From Eledone cirrhosa (Eukaryota), in assembly GCA_964016885.1 (NCBI GenBank), contig OZ024744.1, forward strand, positions 14,136,001-14,200,000: a stretch of 64,000 bases of DNA, read 5' to 3'. Numbering within the stretch: the stretch's first letter is position 1; each line of letters starts with the position of its first letter. Under the pieces are notes generated by a model that made no database searches, was not told the origin of the DNA, and saw only the letters and a program-made list of their open reading frames with translations. The translations under genes were made by a program, and so were the position numbers. Positions 13,909 through 27,068 of the stretch are shown in pieces.

Positions 13909-16900
13909 CAGTTGCATTTATCTTGCTTTATGTTCATACGAGTTATCACCAAGTCACAACCAGTGACCTCAATAGACAACAAGGTCCGCCATGTTCAAGA
14001 AAGAACATACATACTCACACATGCATCTTTAGTGTTTAGACTTGTGATGTACTTATATTGACAGAATCTTCCTTAGTATATGGGCAGTTCCCATTAGTAC
14101 TATCTTTTGTATTTCTCCTATACGCGGGTTTCCTGGGATTTGCGATAAGTAATCATTAGACCCCTTAGGTATCATTCCTAGAGCGCCTACAACCACTGGT
14201 ATTGTTTTAGTTCTCAATTTCCACATTTTTCCAATTTCTATCTCCAGGTCATTATACTTGCTCAATTTTTCAAATATTTTTATAGATACATTCTTGTCTA
14301 TTGGAACAGACATATCAATTAGCAGGCATACCCTCTTTTTAAAGTCCTTCAATATTATATCAGGTCTATTTGCATCTATTTTTCGGTCTGTTTGGATGCT
14401 AATGTTCCACAAGATTGAGATGTGATCTTTTTCAAGTATGGGAGGTGGTTGATGCTCCCACCAATTCTTTTGATGGGGCAGGTCAAAATGCCTACATATT
14501 ATCCAAAGTATGTATTGTGCAGCTCTGTCATGCCTGTTTAGGTGTTCGGTTGGAGCTATAGGACTGCACATTGAAATTATATGGTCAATGGTTCTTTCTT
14601 TGCAGTTACTTTTACCTGCTTTGCTTTTTCTGTGTTTTCCATTTGAGCAGTAAATGGGACTTCTGAAATTTGTAGTCCATTACTGTATCTTTGTGCATCT
14701 TTTGTAATGGAATATGATCTTTTGATGCTTTCGTGTTTCAAAACGAGTTTGATCATCCAATCATGTGATTCCCTTAGATATGTAGATAATCCAATTGTTG
14801 CAGTTTTCAACGCAATGTCTAACTGGATTAACCCACATCCTCCTTCTTTCCTAGGGAGATATATTCTATCTATATCTGCCTTAGGGTGATGCATTCTGTG
14901 CATGGTTAAGAGTTTTCGAATTTTTGTATCGAGCCTACGGATCTCTGTGCTTGACCAGTTGATGACATTGTAACTGTAGGTTACTACTGGTATGGCAAGC
15001 GTGTTTATGGCATCGATCCTATTCCTTGCATTCAATTCCGTTCTTAAGATTGCTCTTACTCTGCGGTAACATTCCTTCCTTATCCTTTCCCTCATTGTCG
15101 AGTGCTTGATTCCGTCTCCTTCACAAACACCTAGATATTTGTAAGTTTTTTCTTGATCAAGTTCTCTTATAACGTTCCCCCGATCAAGATTAATGTCTGA
15201 ACTCTTCAGCAGCTTTCCTCTGGTGAACGTTGCTTTGGCGCATTTATCTAGTCCAAACTCCATTTTAATGTCATCACTGAACTGCTCCACAGTGGGTAAT
15301 AGCCCTTGCAATTGTTCATCATTTTTTGCAAATAGTTTCAGGTCATCCAAGTAGAACAAGTGATTAATGGTTTTGTCATAGACTTTATATCCATGTTTTG
15401 TTTCATTGAGCATTTTACGTAATGGTATAAGTGCGAGGCAGAATAAAAGCGGTGATAAAGAGTCACCCTGAAAAATTCCATAATTAATATTAACTTCTCC
15501 AGCTTCCAGTGATTTTGTTTCACTATTCAAAAGGAGTGTCGTTTTCCATGTCTTCATACTGAATGACAAAAACCTCCTGACAACGGGGGATACTTTGAAA
15601 ATCTCTAAACATTTTTCAATCCAACTGTGTGGCAAACTATCGAATGCTTTTTTATAATCTATCCAAGCAATCGATAGATTTTTGTGTCTATTCTAACAAT
15701 CTTCCAGTATCATTTTGTTAACCAGAAGCTGATCCTTACAGCCATATGAGCCTCGATTACACCCTTTCTGCTCAATGGGAAATAGGTCATTTGTTATCAG
15801 GTGGTCATATGTATATTCAGTTAGGACTGATGTTAAAATTTTATACATTGTGGTCAAGCAAGTTATCGGTCTGTAATTTTTGGGATTGTTTGTCTCATCA
15901 TTCTTCGGAAGCAGGAATGGAATGCCGTTAACTAGCCATGGTGGTATCTTTTCTGGCTCCTTAACTATTTCATTGTAAAGTTGGGCTAACAGCTCATGAG
16001 ACTCTGTGAAGGCATTTATCCAAAAATTTGGTATTTTGTCTTTTCCTGGGGATTTCCATTTGCTGGTTTTTCTTAGAGCCAAGCGCAACTGTTCAACTGT
16101 TATATTTTCCCATATTTGTTCCTCAAGGTGAGCTGTATCTTTCATTTGTCTGTCTATCCATGGGGCATGTATGTTATGAACTTTTTCTTCGGCCCAGATC
16201 TTTTCCCAGAATTCTTGCACTTCCTCCTTGGGTGGTATTGATTTAGCAGTTATTGTTGACTTACCAATTTTTCTGTAGAAGTTTCTTTGGTTGTTTTTGA
16301 ACATATTATTGTCCTTATAGAATCTAGATCGTTTTTCAAAGCGCCTTATACGAGCAACTTTGGCCGACACTTTTTGCTTGATTATTTCTATCAGCATGTC
16401 TATGTCACATGTTGATTTTATACTGTACTTTTTTTTCAATTTTCTAAGTTTAGTTTGTTTAACATGTTCACCTACTTTATAGTTTGTTAAAATTTCTATG
16501 TCAGATCGGAGAAGGTTTATTTGGCGATTGATGTTCTCTTGCTAAGTAGATTTCTTGTGGGAATTCCTTTGTTTTTTCATCTTCACTCCACATAAGTGAG
16601 TGGTGACTTTAGCCGGTGCATAATAGAGATGATTTAAATCAGTAATGTTTAGTTTGTTTGTGATGATAATGTTTTTGAGAATTATGTTAGTCTTGTGTAT
16701 TATCTTTTGGTTCTGTTTGGAGTTCTGGATCTTAGGGAGGGTGTCTCGTTGCCCCATGTCAGATTCTTTCATTTTCATCCATTCGATCATAATTTCATCC
16801 TTCAAGTTGGCAAGTTCATTCTCATTCATTTCTTTATCATTTACGATCTCATTATTTTCATTTGGAGTTTCATCTTGAGCATGCACTCCCTCCACTTTTT

Positions 16901-17612
16901 CGATCCTTTCTTTAATTTGTTCTGTTGCTAGTGATTCCGCCCCAACCCTGGGATTCGAAGTGTTACAATTTACCTCGTTTTCACTGACACATGTTTCATT
17001 TTCCCTTCGCTGACTTTGTGCTAATAGCTTGATCTGATCAATTTCTATATCAGTTAGTAACTTTTTTAAAACAATATTTCTTCGTATATTGGCTAGTTTG
17101 TTGCTGTCAATATAGCCTCTGTTTTCGGGATGTTTCTTTTTCCAGTTGATATATGTCTGTTCTGTATTCGATGTATTTGATGGGTAGTACATGGCAGTGT
17201 AGAAAGCCTCAAGGACTTCTTTATTATCTTCCCTTGACCATTTTTCTCTCTCTTTCTTTGGATTTCTTGGTGGTGAGCATGGAGGGCCAACAGTAGGAGT
17301 ATTCCGGTTATGGGAGGTCTCCAGCTCCGAAGTGATGGGAAGGTTTGAACCATTAGCTGATTTTTCGACCCCAGTCTGGTTCCTCTCTGAGGGACGCGGC
17401 CCTTTTTTACCCGGGTGACGGCCGATCCGGTATGAGATTTTATCATTAGACATTTACTTTATTTTGTCGCGTTTTATCCTTATCCGCCAAGGGGTAATCA
17501 TTTCGTGTTACCACTTCTAGAACGAGTGTCAACCAAGACTAGAGGGGTCGTTCTCCCCTAGAGACACGGCTATTCTCCGCCGGCCGCCATCCGGGTATTT
17601 CTTGGTCACGGG
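13909..17612 (-). mobile_element. R4/Dong-clade RLE non-LTR retrotransposon, copy 2 (near full length)
   Basis: ORF from ATG 17453 to 14053 with stops and a ~250 bp deletion near 14590; HLFYLDD RT, RPDII RLE; 3' UTR nearly identical to copy 1, followed by (TAA)n. Confidence 0.92.
17519..17607 (-). ncRNA. Candidate HDV-like pseudoknot ribozyme in the 5' UTR of the Dong element
   Basis: P1 GACCAA/UUGGUU (G.U first pair), P2 AGAAC/GUUCU, P3 GAC/GUC with loop CCCUCUA, in HDV order; no P4 and atypical J4/2. Confidence 0.4.
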
Positions 17613-17619
17613 GTTTTCT

Positions 17620-18600
17620 TTTTGTTGTTTTTTTAAAAATTGTTATTATCATGAGTGGTTCCTTAATGTGAGCATTGCGTGGCTTAAGAATGAAATTATT
17701 AATAATTGTCTCCACTCCAGGCACAAGGCCAGCAATCACCCAGTGCATTACAATAATATAATATACTTTTTGCTGAAGTTGCCTGTTATTGTTGTTGGCT
17801 ATGTCGGTGGTGGTGCTGGGGATTTTTATATTGTTGGTGAGGAAGGGGTGAGCCAGCAGTGCCATAGTTGTTGATGTTGACGTTTGGCCGATGGCCAGGT
17901 CACTAAGTCAATCTATTTATATCTTTTGCTAGCCTCTCCCTTGTCTAGTGATACCGCCACCTTCCCCTTTCTCTCTCAAGTTAACAGGGGAATAGTGGTG
18001 GTAGCAATGAAGGAGTGGTGGCGGCGGTGATGGGATAGTGGTAGCAATGATGGATGGAGTGGTGGCGGCAGTGGCGTTGTCGTTACTGAGTTTTGTGATA
18101 TGTAGTATCTATGAGTGTGTGTCGCGTATGTTTAATATATATTGTGTTGAGATATTCCCGTAAAATTGGAATTAAACATTTTGTTAAAACTTGAGACAAT
18201 AATAATAGTAATTATTATCATGATGCTAGGATTGGTGGTGGTCGTGGTGAAATTGCCGTTATCTGGCTGTTATATTTAGTGTGATGTGGTAGGTGGTGTA
18301 TCAAGTTTCTGGTGTTGGTGAAATTGCTGTTATTTGGCTGTTCTATATAGTGTAGACAGAGGTGTTTTCTTCCATTTATAACCCTTTTCTTTTTTGAATA
18401 CAAAATATATAATACAAAATTGAATATTTGAGCGAATTAACAATATAATATGGATCCGAAATTTTATGGGACTTGATTCGGTGGTTTATGCAACATTTGT
18501 ACTAAGAATTGTTATTTCACAATTGATTTAAATATGTTAAAAATCAAAAACTTACGGGAGCGATTTCATGACCTTCTACCACCTCGTGCGTCTTCTTCCC
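17620..18600. repeat. Dispersed ~1 kb non-coding unit, copy 3 (longest)
   Basis: Homologous to 4520-5497 and 480-1012; contains a SINE tail fragment at ~17695-17750; ends at (TTA)n 18601-18661. Confidence 0.85.
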
Positions 18601-18647
<47 letters not shown>

Positions 18648-18663
18648 GTTATTATTATTATAC

Positions 18664-18856
18664 AAGGTTGATTGGCAGTATCGGTAGAGGGTCGGACTCC
18701 ATGCTTAAACGCATAGAGTTACGGCCCTTGCCATTCTGAGTTCAAATCCCGCCGAGGTTAACTTTGCCTTTCATCTTTACTGGGTCGATAAAATAATGTA
18801 CCAGTAATATACTGGCATAATTGCTAGCCTTGTGCCCAAAAGTAGAAACAATTATC

Positions 18857-18860
<4 letters not shown>
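18664..18860 (+). mobile_element. Full-length tRNA-derived SINE (Meta-domain-like core)
   Basis: tggcagtatcgg A-box-like, gttcaaatcc B-box, core gcctttcatc, tail gtagaaacaattat. Confidence 0.88.
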
Positions 18861-18943
<83 letters not shown>

Positions 18944-18944
18944 T

Positions 18945-18976
<32 letters not shown>

Positions 18977-18977
18977 A
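18859..18977. repeat. (TA)n microsatellite
   Basis: Direct reading. Confidence 0.95.
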
Positions 18978-19053
18978 CGAAGGAAATGTGGTAAGGAACC
19001 AGGTGGACCATAACGCACCAAAGTACTCAATACTTAGGGTAGTAGAGTTGGTA

Positions 19054-19164
19054 ATAGGAACGAGTAGGACCCCGACGGCTGAGGTCAAGCCGTTTCGACG
19101 GCTAATTCTGTCCAGAATTAGTCGTCGAAACGGCTTGAGCTCAGCCGTCGGGGTCCTACTCGTT

Positions 19165-19169
<5 letters not shown>
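19054..19169. repeat. Near-perfect GC-rich inverted repeat (57 bp arms, 2 nt loop) containing a hammerhead 3' half
   Basis: 19054-19110 is complementary to 19113-19169 with two differences; GAAA-CGGCT..AGCCG-TC at 19127-19149. Confidence 0.9.
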
Positions 19170-19204
<35 letters not shown>

Positions 19205-19226
19205 TATAATAAACAACATAAGATAA

Positions 19227-19294
19227 TTATTCTATTTACCAGTGGTTTCTTCAAGGCAGATGTTATATCTGTCTTCAGTCGTTAGAATGAATAA
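19227..19294 (-). ncRNA. Degenerate hammerhead ribozyme (short pLTR-like family)
   Basis: Minus strand AUU-CUAACGA-stem II(CAGAU/AUCUG)-GAAA-CCACUGG-UA-AAU; G5A core change. Confidence 0.5.
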
Positions 19295-19924
19295 ATAACA
19301 TGGTGTTTTTATTAAATATAGATTTGAAAACAAAATTTAGGAAATATGAAAGTGAGGCTGGAAAAACGGGCCAAAAGGAATTAGGCGTAAAAATATATAA
19401 ATATCCAGCACATAAACATACACACACTCAACCACGCACTTATACGTAATAGTACGTAGACGTATACTTTCTCACATAAGCGTATTTGCGTCTACATGGA
19501 AATGCGAACAGACACATAAATACATACACACACATATACACAAAAATATATGCACTTATATATGTACACTCAAACACACACACAATATAAAAAGAGGGTA
19601 TACACACACATACACATACATACAAACAAACACAAAAGGCTCTATACATACGCGCACGTGTATATACACATACACATATATATATATATACACACACATA
19701 TACACATACATATCCATACACACATATATATATGCATGCATACACACACACACACATATATATCTATACATACATACACACATGCATATATAAATGCACG
19801 TGCACATATCAATATGTGCGAACCATTGGGAAGTAGTTCAGAAACAGAGATAACTAAATAAATAAATAAAATTTAAAAAATTCAAAAAATATATATTAGA
19901 AAATCAAAATCAAAATCAAAATAA

Positions 19925-20120
19925 AGCCTAGCTAAACATAAAGGATATATTACCCTTAAAGACGATAAATTAGACTTTACTAATCGACCCAGCTGTAGAC
20001 TAATTAACCCTGCTAAATCTGAAATTGGTCTTACGAGTAAAAATATCCTAAGAAATATAATACTTCAAATAAGAACTATGACTGGCTTATCCCAATGGTT
20101 AATTACATCCTCTGTTATTT
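19925..20120 (+). mobile_element. Penelope-like RT fragment
   Basis: Diverged duplicate of 21136-21330 (ITLKD.K..F.NRPSCRLINPAKSE). Confidence 0.8.
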
Positions 20121-20133
20121 ATGTGTGTATATA

Positions 20134-20165
<32 letters not shown>

Positions 20166-20357
20166 CATGTGTTTGTGTATTTATGTGTATGTGTATGTAT
20201 CTTTATATATATATATGTGCATATATATATATATATGTGTGTGTGTGTTTATATACTTATATATTTATAATCTTTCTTTCTTCTTCCCTCAACCTCACTT
20301 TCATATTTCTTATATTTTTTGTTTTCAAATCCACATTCAATAAAAACACCAGGATTT

Positions 20358-20417
20358 TTTCATTCTGACAACTGAAAGCAGATTTGTTTGCTTTCAAGAA
20401 ACAACTGGTAAATGAAA
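20358..20417 (+). ncRNA. Hammerhead ribozyme, type I, G8A variant, upstream of the Penelope-like ORF
   Basis: Stem I UUUCAUU/AAUGAAA; CUGACAA; stem II UGAAAGCAGA/UUUGCUUUCA; GAAA; GUA site. Confidence 0.65.
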
Positions 20418-20630
20418 TAATTATCTTATGTTGTTTATTACATAACTAATAAGCTCTGTAACCTACATAGAGCACTCTTTTTTCCTGGACCTTTCCGGCG
20501 GAATTACTTCATTTATACAGCTCCAACCGGGATTGATTGAAGCATATTCTATATTACATATGTGATTGGCACTTTCCAGCCCGATAAGTTGAGCACTCTA
20601 CAGTTTTCAGGAAATTAACTAACATACACC

Positions 20631-22680
20631 ATGGACGTTTATGAATTGGATTATTCTATCAAAAATATACCTACTCCTTCCAACACAACTTATACCAAAC
20701 TGCTTATAGATAAAATCGAACAAGTCGTTAAAAGAATGGGATGGAATGCAATGGTTTACGGTGGACTATTCAGTGCTGATACAAATGATTGTTTTGGCAT
20801 TAAATCCCGCAAATACCCACCTAGAATTAAAGACATGGCCAACTTCGAATTGGGCCTTGTTAATTTAATTAGTGAAATCAAATTTCGTAAGTACAACAAT
20901 AACTTTCAAACTAAACTTTCTAACGATATTTCTAATTTTAAAAATTCTACAAACACTTTTGTTCTTTCCGATAAAACTAAAAATCTCTTTGAAGTAAATA
21001 GTATTTTGTATAACCAACTTTTAACAGATAGTATCACCAACAAATATCAATTAGCTAACAATAACACCTACAATACCATTAATAAAGAAGCTCTAAGACC
21101 TAGCTAGTATTTTTAAAATAGACAACCGGATTGAAAGCCTAGCTAAACGTAAAGAGTATATTACCCTTAAAGACCATAAATCAGACTTCACTAATCGACC
21201 TAGCTGTAGACTAATTAACCCGGCTAAATCTGAAGTTGGCCTTGCAAGTAAAACAATCTTAAGAAAAATAAAACTCCAAATTAGAACTAAGACTGACTTA
21301 TCACAATGGTTAAATACATCCTCTGTTATTTCTTGGTTTAATAATATACAAGGTAAAAATAAGTGTAGATTTACCTAATTTGATATTGTTGATTTTTACC
21401 CCTCTATCACAGAAACCTTATTAACTAAAGCCTTAGAGTTTGCAAGACCCTTCATTAATATTTCTAAATTAGAAGAAGACGTTATCTTTCATGCTAGGAA
21501 AACACTACTCTTTGCTAATGAAGGTACTTGGGTTAAAAAATCAACCCTGAAAACACTTTTGATATCGTGATGGGCTCATATGATAGCGCCGATGTGTGCG
21601 ACTTAGTAGGATTATTCCTCCTCCACACCCTTAAAGAGAAATTTCCTTGCCATAATATCGGTTTATACCGAGACGACGGTTTGGCAGTTTCTCATACCAC
21701 CAGCGGGCATAACCTTGATAAATTCCGTAAAGACTTAATCAATACCTTTGCTAACCTAAACCTAAAAATTACTATAGATATGAATCTTACTAATACTAAC
21801 TTCCTTGATATCAATCTTCACCCACTTACCGCCTCTTTTAAACCTTTTCATAAACCTAATGAACATTTAAGATATACACACAAAGAGTCTTGCCATCCCC
21901 TTATAGTCTTTAAAAATATTATTCCTAACATTAGCCGTAGGATCTCTACCTTATCATCGTCTATAGACATTTTTAACAAATCTGCCCCTTATTATTATAA
22001 GGCCCTCATTAACAGCGGCTTCACCGAACAAATTAAATATTTACCTACTCCTCTTTCTAACACTAAACATAATAACAGGAAAAGAAAAATTATTTGGTTT
22101 ACACCCCCTTCTCTCTAACTGTTAAAACTAACACAGGAAGAAAATTCCTCGACCTTCTAGACAAACATTTCCCCCCTAATCATAGATATAATAAGATATT
22201 CAATAGAAATGTAGTTAAAATCAGCTACTCTTGCTGCCCATCAATCAAGACTAAAATTACCAACTCTAATGGTAGTAGAGTAAATCCAGGATGCAGTTGC
22301 AGGAAGCCGGAAGAATGCCTTGTTACAGGTAAATGTAATACCAAATCTATTGTGTATGAGGCCAAATTGACACCGATGATTAATAATCAGCTAGCCAAGA
22401 GTGAGCGATATGTTGGCTTGACGCAGGACAGATTTAAAACCAGGTACTATGCACATGTCGCTTCTTTCAAACACCCTGAAAAAAGAACAGCAACGGCGCT
22501 GGCAAATAAAGTGTGAGAGTTTAAAGACAAAAACATTCCGTACATTATTGATTGGTCTATTCAAGACCATTCAAGAGAATACCTAAGGGGCACAAAGAAA
22601 TGTTCTTTGTGTATTACTAAAAATTTAAGAATTCTCCAAAACTTGAAACCCCTCCCACTGTAATTCTAAAGATTTGATGT
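20631..22680 (+). pseudogene. Penelope-like (Naiad-type) RT + GIY-YIG endonuclease ORF, disrupted
   Basis: YSIKNIP N-terminus, ITLKDHK, FDIVDFYPSI, MGSYDSADVCDLVG, GLYRDDGL, RKRKIIWF, CSCR..C..C, IVY..YVG, C..C. Confidence 0.9.
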
Positions 22681-22865
22681 TGAGATTAGACCCGTCCAGC
22701 GTCTTTTACAGCTATTGAGAGATAGAGACTTGGTAGTTTTATGACCCTAACTGAGGACGATAGCAGTCGGCGTGTTTTGGGTGCTTAATCTTCATATGGG
22801 GGGTAAAACTCTAGTGAGTGAACATCGTTAAATTTTCTCCCTCATATCAAGGATTTGAAGACATC

Positions 22866-22954
22866 TCATTTTCACCTGACGTGATCAGTGATAATCGATC
22901 ATGACCGCACGATCGATCTATCTGTTATTGAAACATGTGTCGTGATTAAAATGA
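22866..22954 (+). ncRNA. Hammerhead-like ribozyme with long stem II and altered core
   Basis: Bulged stem I UCAUUUU-CAC/GUG-AUU-AAAAUGA; CUGACGUGA; stem II AGUGAUA/UGUUAUU plus AUCGAUC/GAUCGAU; GAAA-CAUGUG-UC. Confidence 0.6.
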
Positions 22955-23013
22955 TTGGAAATTTATACCATGCCTTTGGATCTTCATTTTGATATATATA
23001 TATATATATATAT

Positions 23014-25124
<2,111 letters not shown>

Positions 25125-25213
25125 GATTAAAACTATATATTAAAACTTTTATACTCTGCTATGTATTGAGTACCTTACTTACTGTGGTTACCTCCGATTC
25201 AACCCGGAATAAC

Positions 25214-25315
<102 letters not shown>

Positions 25316-25336
25316 ATATATATATATATATGTGTG

Positions 25337-25370
<34 letters not shown>

Positions 25371-25502
25371 TGTATTCATTAGTTAAGCAAAACAAGACCA
25401 CAAACTTCACAAGGAAGACATTATTAAAAGATTGTCAACATATTTTAGTTTGATGTAAGGAATGTAGAGAATAATAATAATAATAATATCAATAATAATA
25501 AT

Positions 25503-25627
25503 GTCCGTTTACAATTGTTTCGCTACTCCATATAATATTTCTGGATCAAATGATTATATATCATAATTGATCTGGTTCAGTTGAAAATAATTAACATATT
25601 TAAAAAAACAGAGTGGCTCATCGGAAC
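25503..25627 (-). ncRNA. Hammerhead-like motif (CCGAUGA core, very long stem II), inverted copy
   Basis: Minus strand GUU-CCGAUGA-GC.ACUCUGU...AUGGAGU.GC-GAAA-CAAUUG-UA-AAC. Confidence 0.55.
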
Positions 25628-25646
25628 TCAAAGGAATATAAATTAA

Positions 25647-25756
25647 AATAATTGTTTCTACTTTTGGCACAAGGCCAGCAATTATCCAGTACATTACTGG
25701 TACTTTATTTTATCGACCCCGTAAGGATGAAAGGTAAAGTTAACCTCGGCGGGATT
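25647..25756 (-). mobile_element. SINE 3' part
   Basis: Reverse complement of the SINE core and tail. Confidence 0.85.
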
Positions 25757-26064
25757 GCATCAGCTGTCAGCCATAATCAAGCAGTATTCATCTGTCGAGG
25801 CTGCATTGTGTGAGATCTGCCTATGCGTAACAAGATGGCTGCCAAAGGGCATATTTACCTTACTAATTAGAGGGTGGTTTAAGGGGAAGTAACTTCTCGA
25901 GATATTAGAGATTGTGAGTATTTATAGTTAAGTGCTAGTTTTTAAATTTTTTAATTGAGAGACAATGTAGGGGAGGTAACTTATAATTATCGAGTTGTTC
26001 ATAGCAATTTAACTTATTAGCTACAAGTAGAAATGGGGCTATATGACTAAGTTGGGTCAAAAAC

Positions 26065-26187
26065 TTCCGATGACCCACTCTGTTTTTTAAATATGTTAAT
26101 TATTTTCAACTGAACCAGATCAATTAGGATATATAGTCATCTGATCCAGAAATAATATATGGAGTAGCGAAACAATTGTAAACGGAC
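26065..26187 (+). ncRNA. Hammerhead-like motif (CCGAUGA core, very long stem II)
   Basis: CCGAUGA 26067-26073; ACUCUGU/AUGGAGU; GAAA at 26169; palindromic stem III ACAAUUGU; GUA site. Confidence 0.55.
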
Positions 26188-26212
26188 ATTATTATTATTA
26201 ATATTATTATAA

Positions 26213-26350
26213 CGTCCCTTTACGATCTGAGTTCAAATCCCGCCGAGGTTGACTTTGCCTTTCATCCTCACGGGGTCGATAAAATAAAGTACCAGTAATG
26301 CACTGGGTAATTGCTGGCCTTGTGCCTAAAGTAGAAACAATTATTATTAA
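26213..26350 (+). mobile_element. SINE (5'-truncated) inserted in the (TTA)n of the inverted-repeat arm
   Basis: gagttcaaatcccgccgagg..gcctttcatcctcacggggtcgataaaataaagtaccag..gtagaaacaattatt. Confidence 0.88.
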
Positions 26351-26643
26351 TATTATTATTATTATTCTCTACATTCCTTACATCAAATTAAAATATGTTG
26401 ACAATCTTTTAATAATGTCTTCCTTGTGAAGTTTGTGGTCTTGTTTTGCTTAACTAATGAATATTTCCAGCTCTGCGCACCTAACTTCTGCATGAACCCA
26501 GCCACCTAGCTGCTTTCTACTGCATATTGCACATTGAGCACATGCTTTACGCTTTGGCTTCTAACTAACTCACCAATCTCTCCTCTCATATCTCCTCTAC
26601 TATCTCCATCTCTCTCTTTAAGATTGGTTACTCTTGAACTGTG

Positions 26644-26694
<51 letters not shown>

Positions 26695-26716
26695 TAGCTG
26701 GCCCGTTCGATTATTA

Positions 26717-26888
26717 AAAGATAATTATTTCAATTACCAAATGTTTCATGAAGACAGACAAGCTTGGCACAGACGACTACCTTCAATCGTCGGAATGAAT
26801 TTTATTTAAAATGGGAGTGAGATATGGTTTTCAAAACAGAGTCTAGGACAATTGAAAGCGAGGCTGAAATAAAATAATCGACATAATG
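26717..26888 (-). mobile_element. Short hammerhead-bearing repeat (pLTR-like fragment); hammerhead at 26729-26799
   Basis: Reverse complement of 32190-32375; CCGACGA..GAAA..GUA. Confidence 0.7.
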
Positions 26889-26923
26889 TAAAGGGGGGAA
26901 TAAAAGATTTATATGTATATATA

Positions 26924-27065
26924 CAAGGGCAAACCCAAAAGTAATCCCTGCGGATGGTGCTTCGGGAAACATCAGGAACCAAAATGCAGAGAGCATCCAG
27001 AGTGATCCGCCGATCTTTACGCATGTTTTCTTCGGAAGGAGACCTTACATTTGGGATTGCCCTCG
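26924..27065. mobile_element. Mariner-type MITE / internally deleted DNA transposon
   Basis: TIRs CAAGGGCAAACCCAAAAGTAA / TTACATTTGGGATTGCCCTCG flanked by TA. Confidence 0.75.
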
Positions 27066-27068
27066 TAT

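Larger units (their letters stand above)
25373..26463. repeat. Long inverted repeat (arms 25373-25626 and 26065-26463, right arm interrupted by a SINE); probable Penelope-like pLTR fold-back
   Basis: Arms are reverse complements by eye; each carries a hammerhead-like motif; left arm abuts (TA)n. Confidence 0.85.

Noticed and set aside
17465-17512. Twister-like motif (UAACACG...hairpin...AUAAAACGCG) on the minus strand
   Set aside because: Lacks the pseudoknot pairings and conserved loop residues of twister
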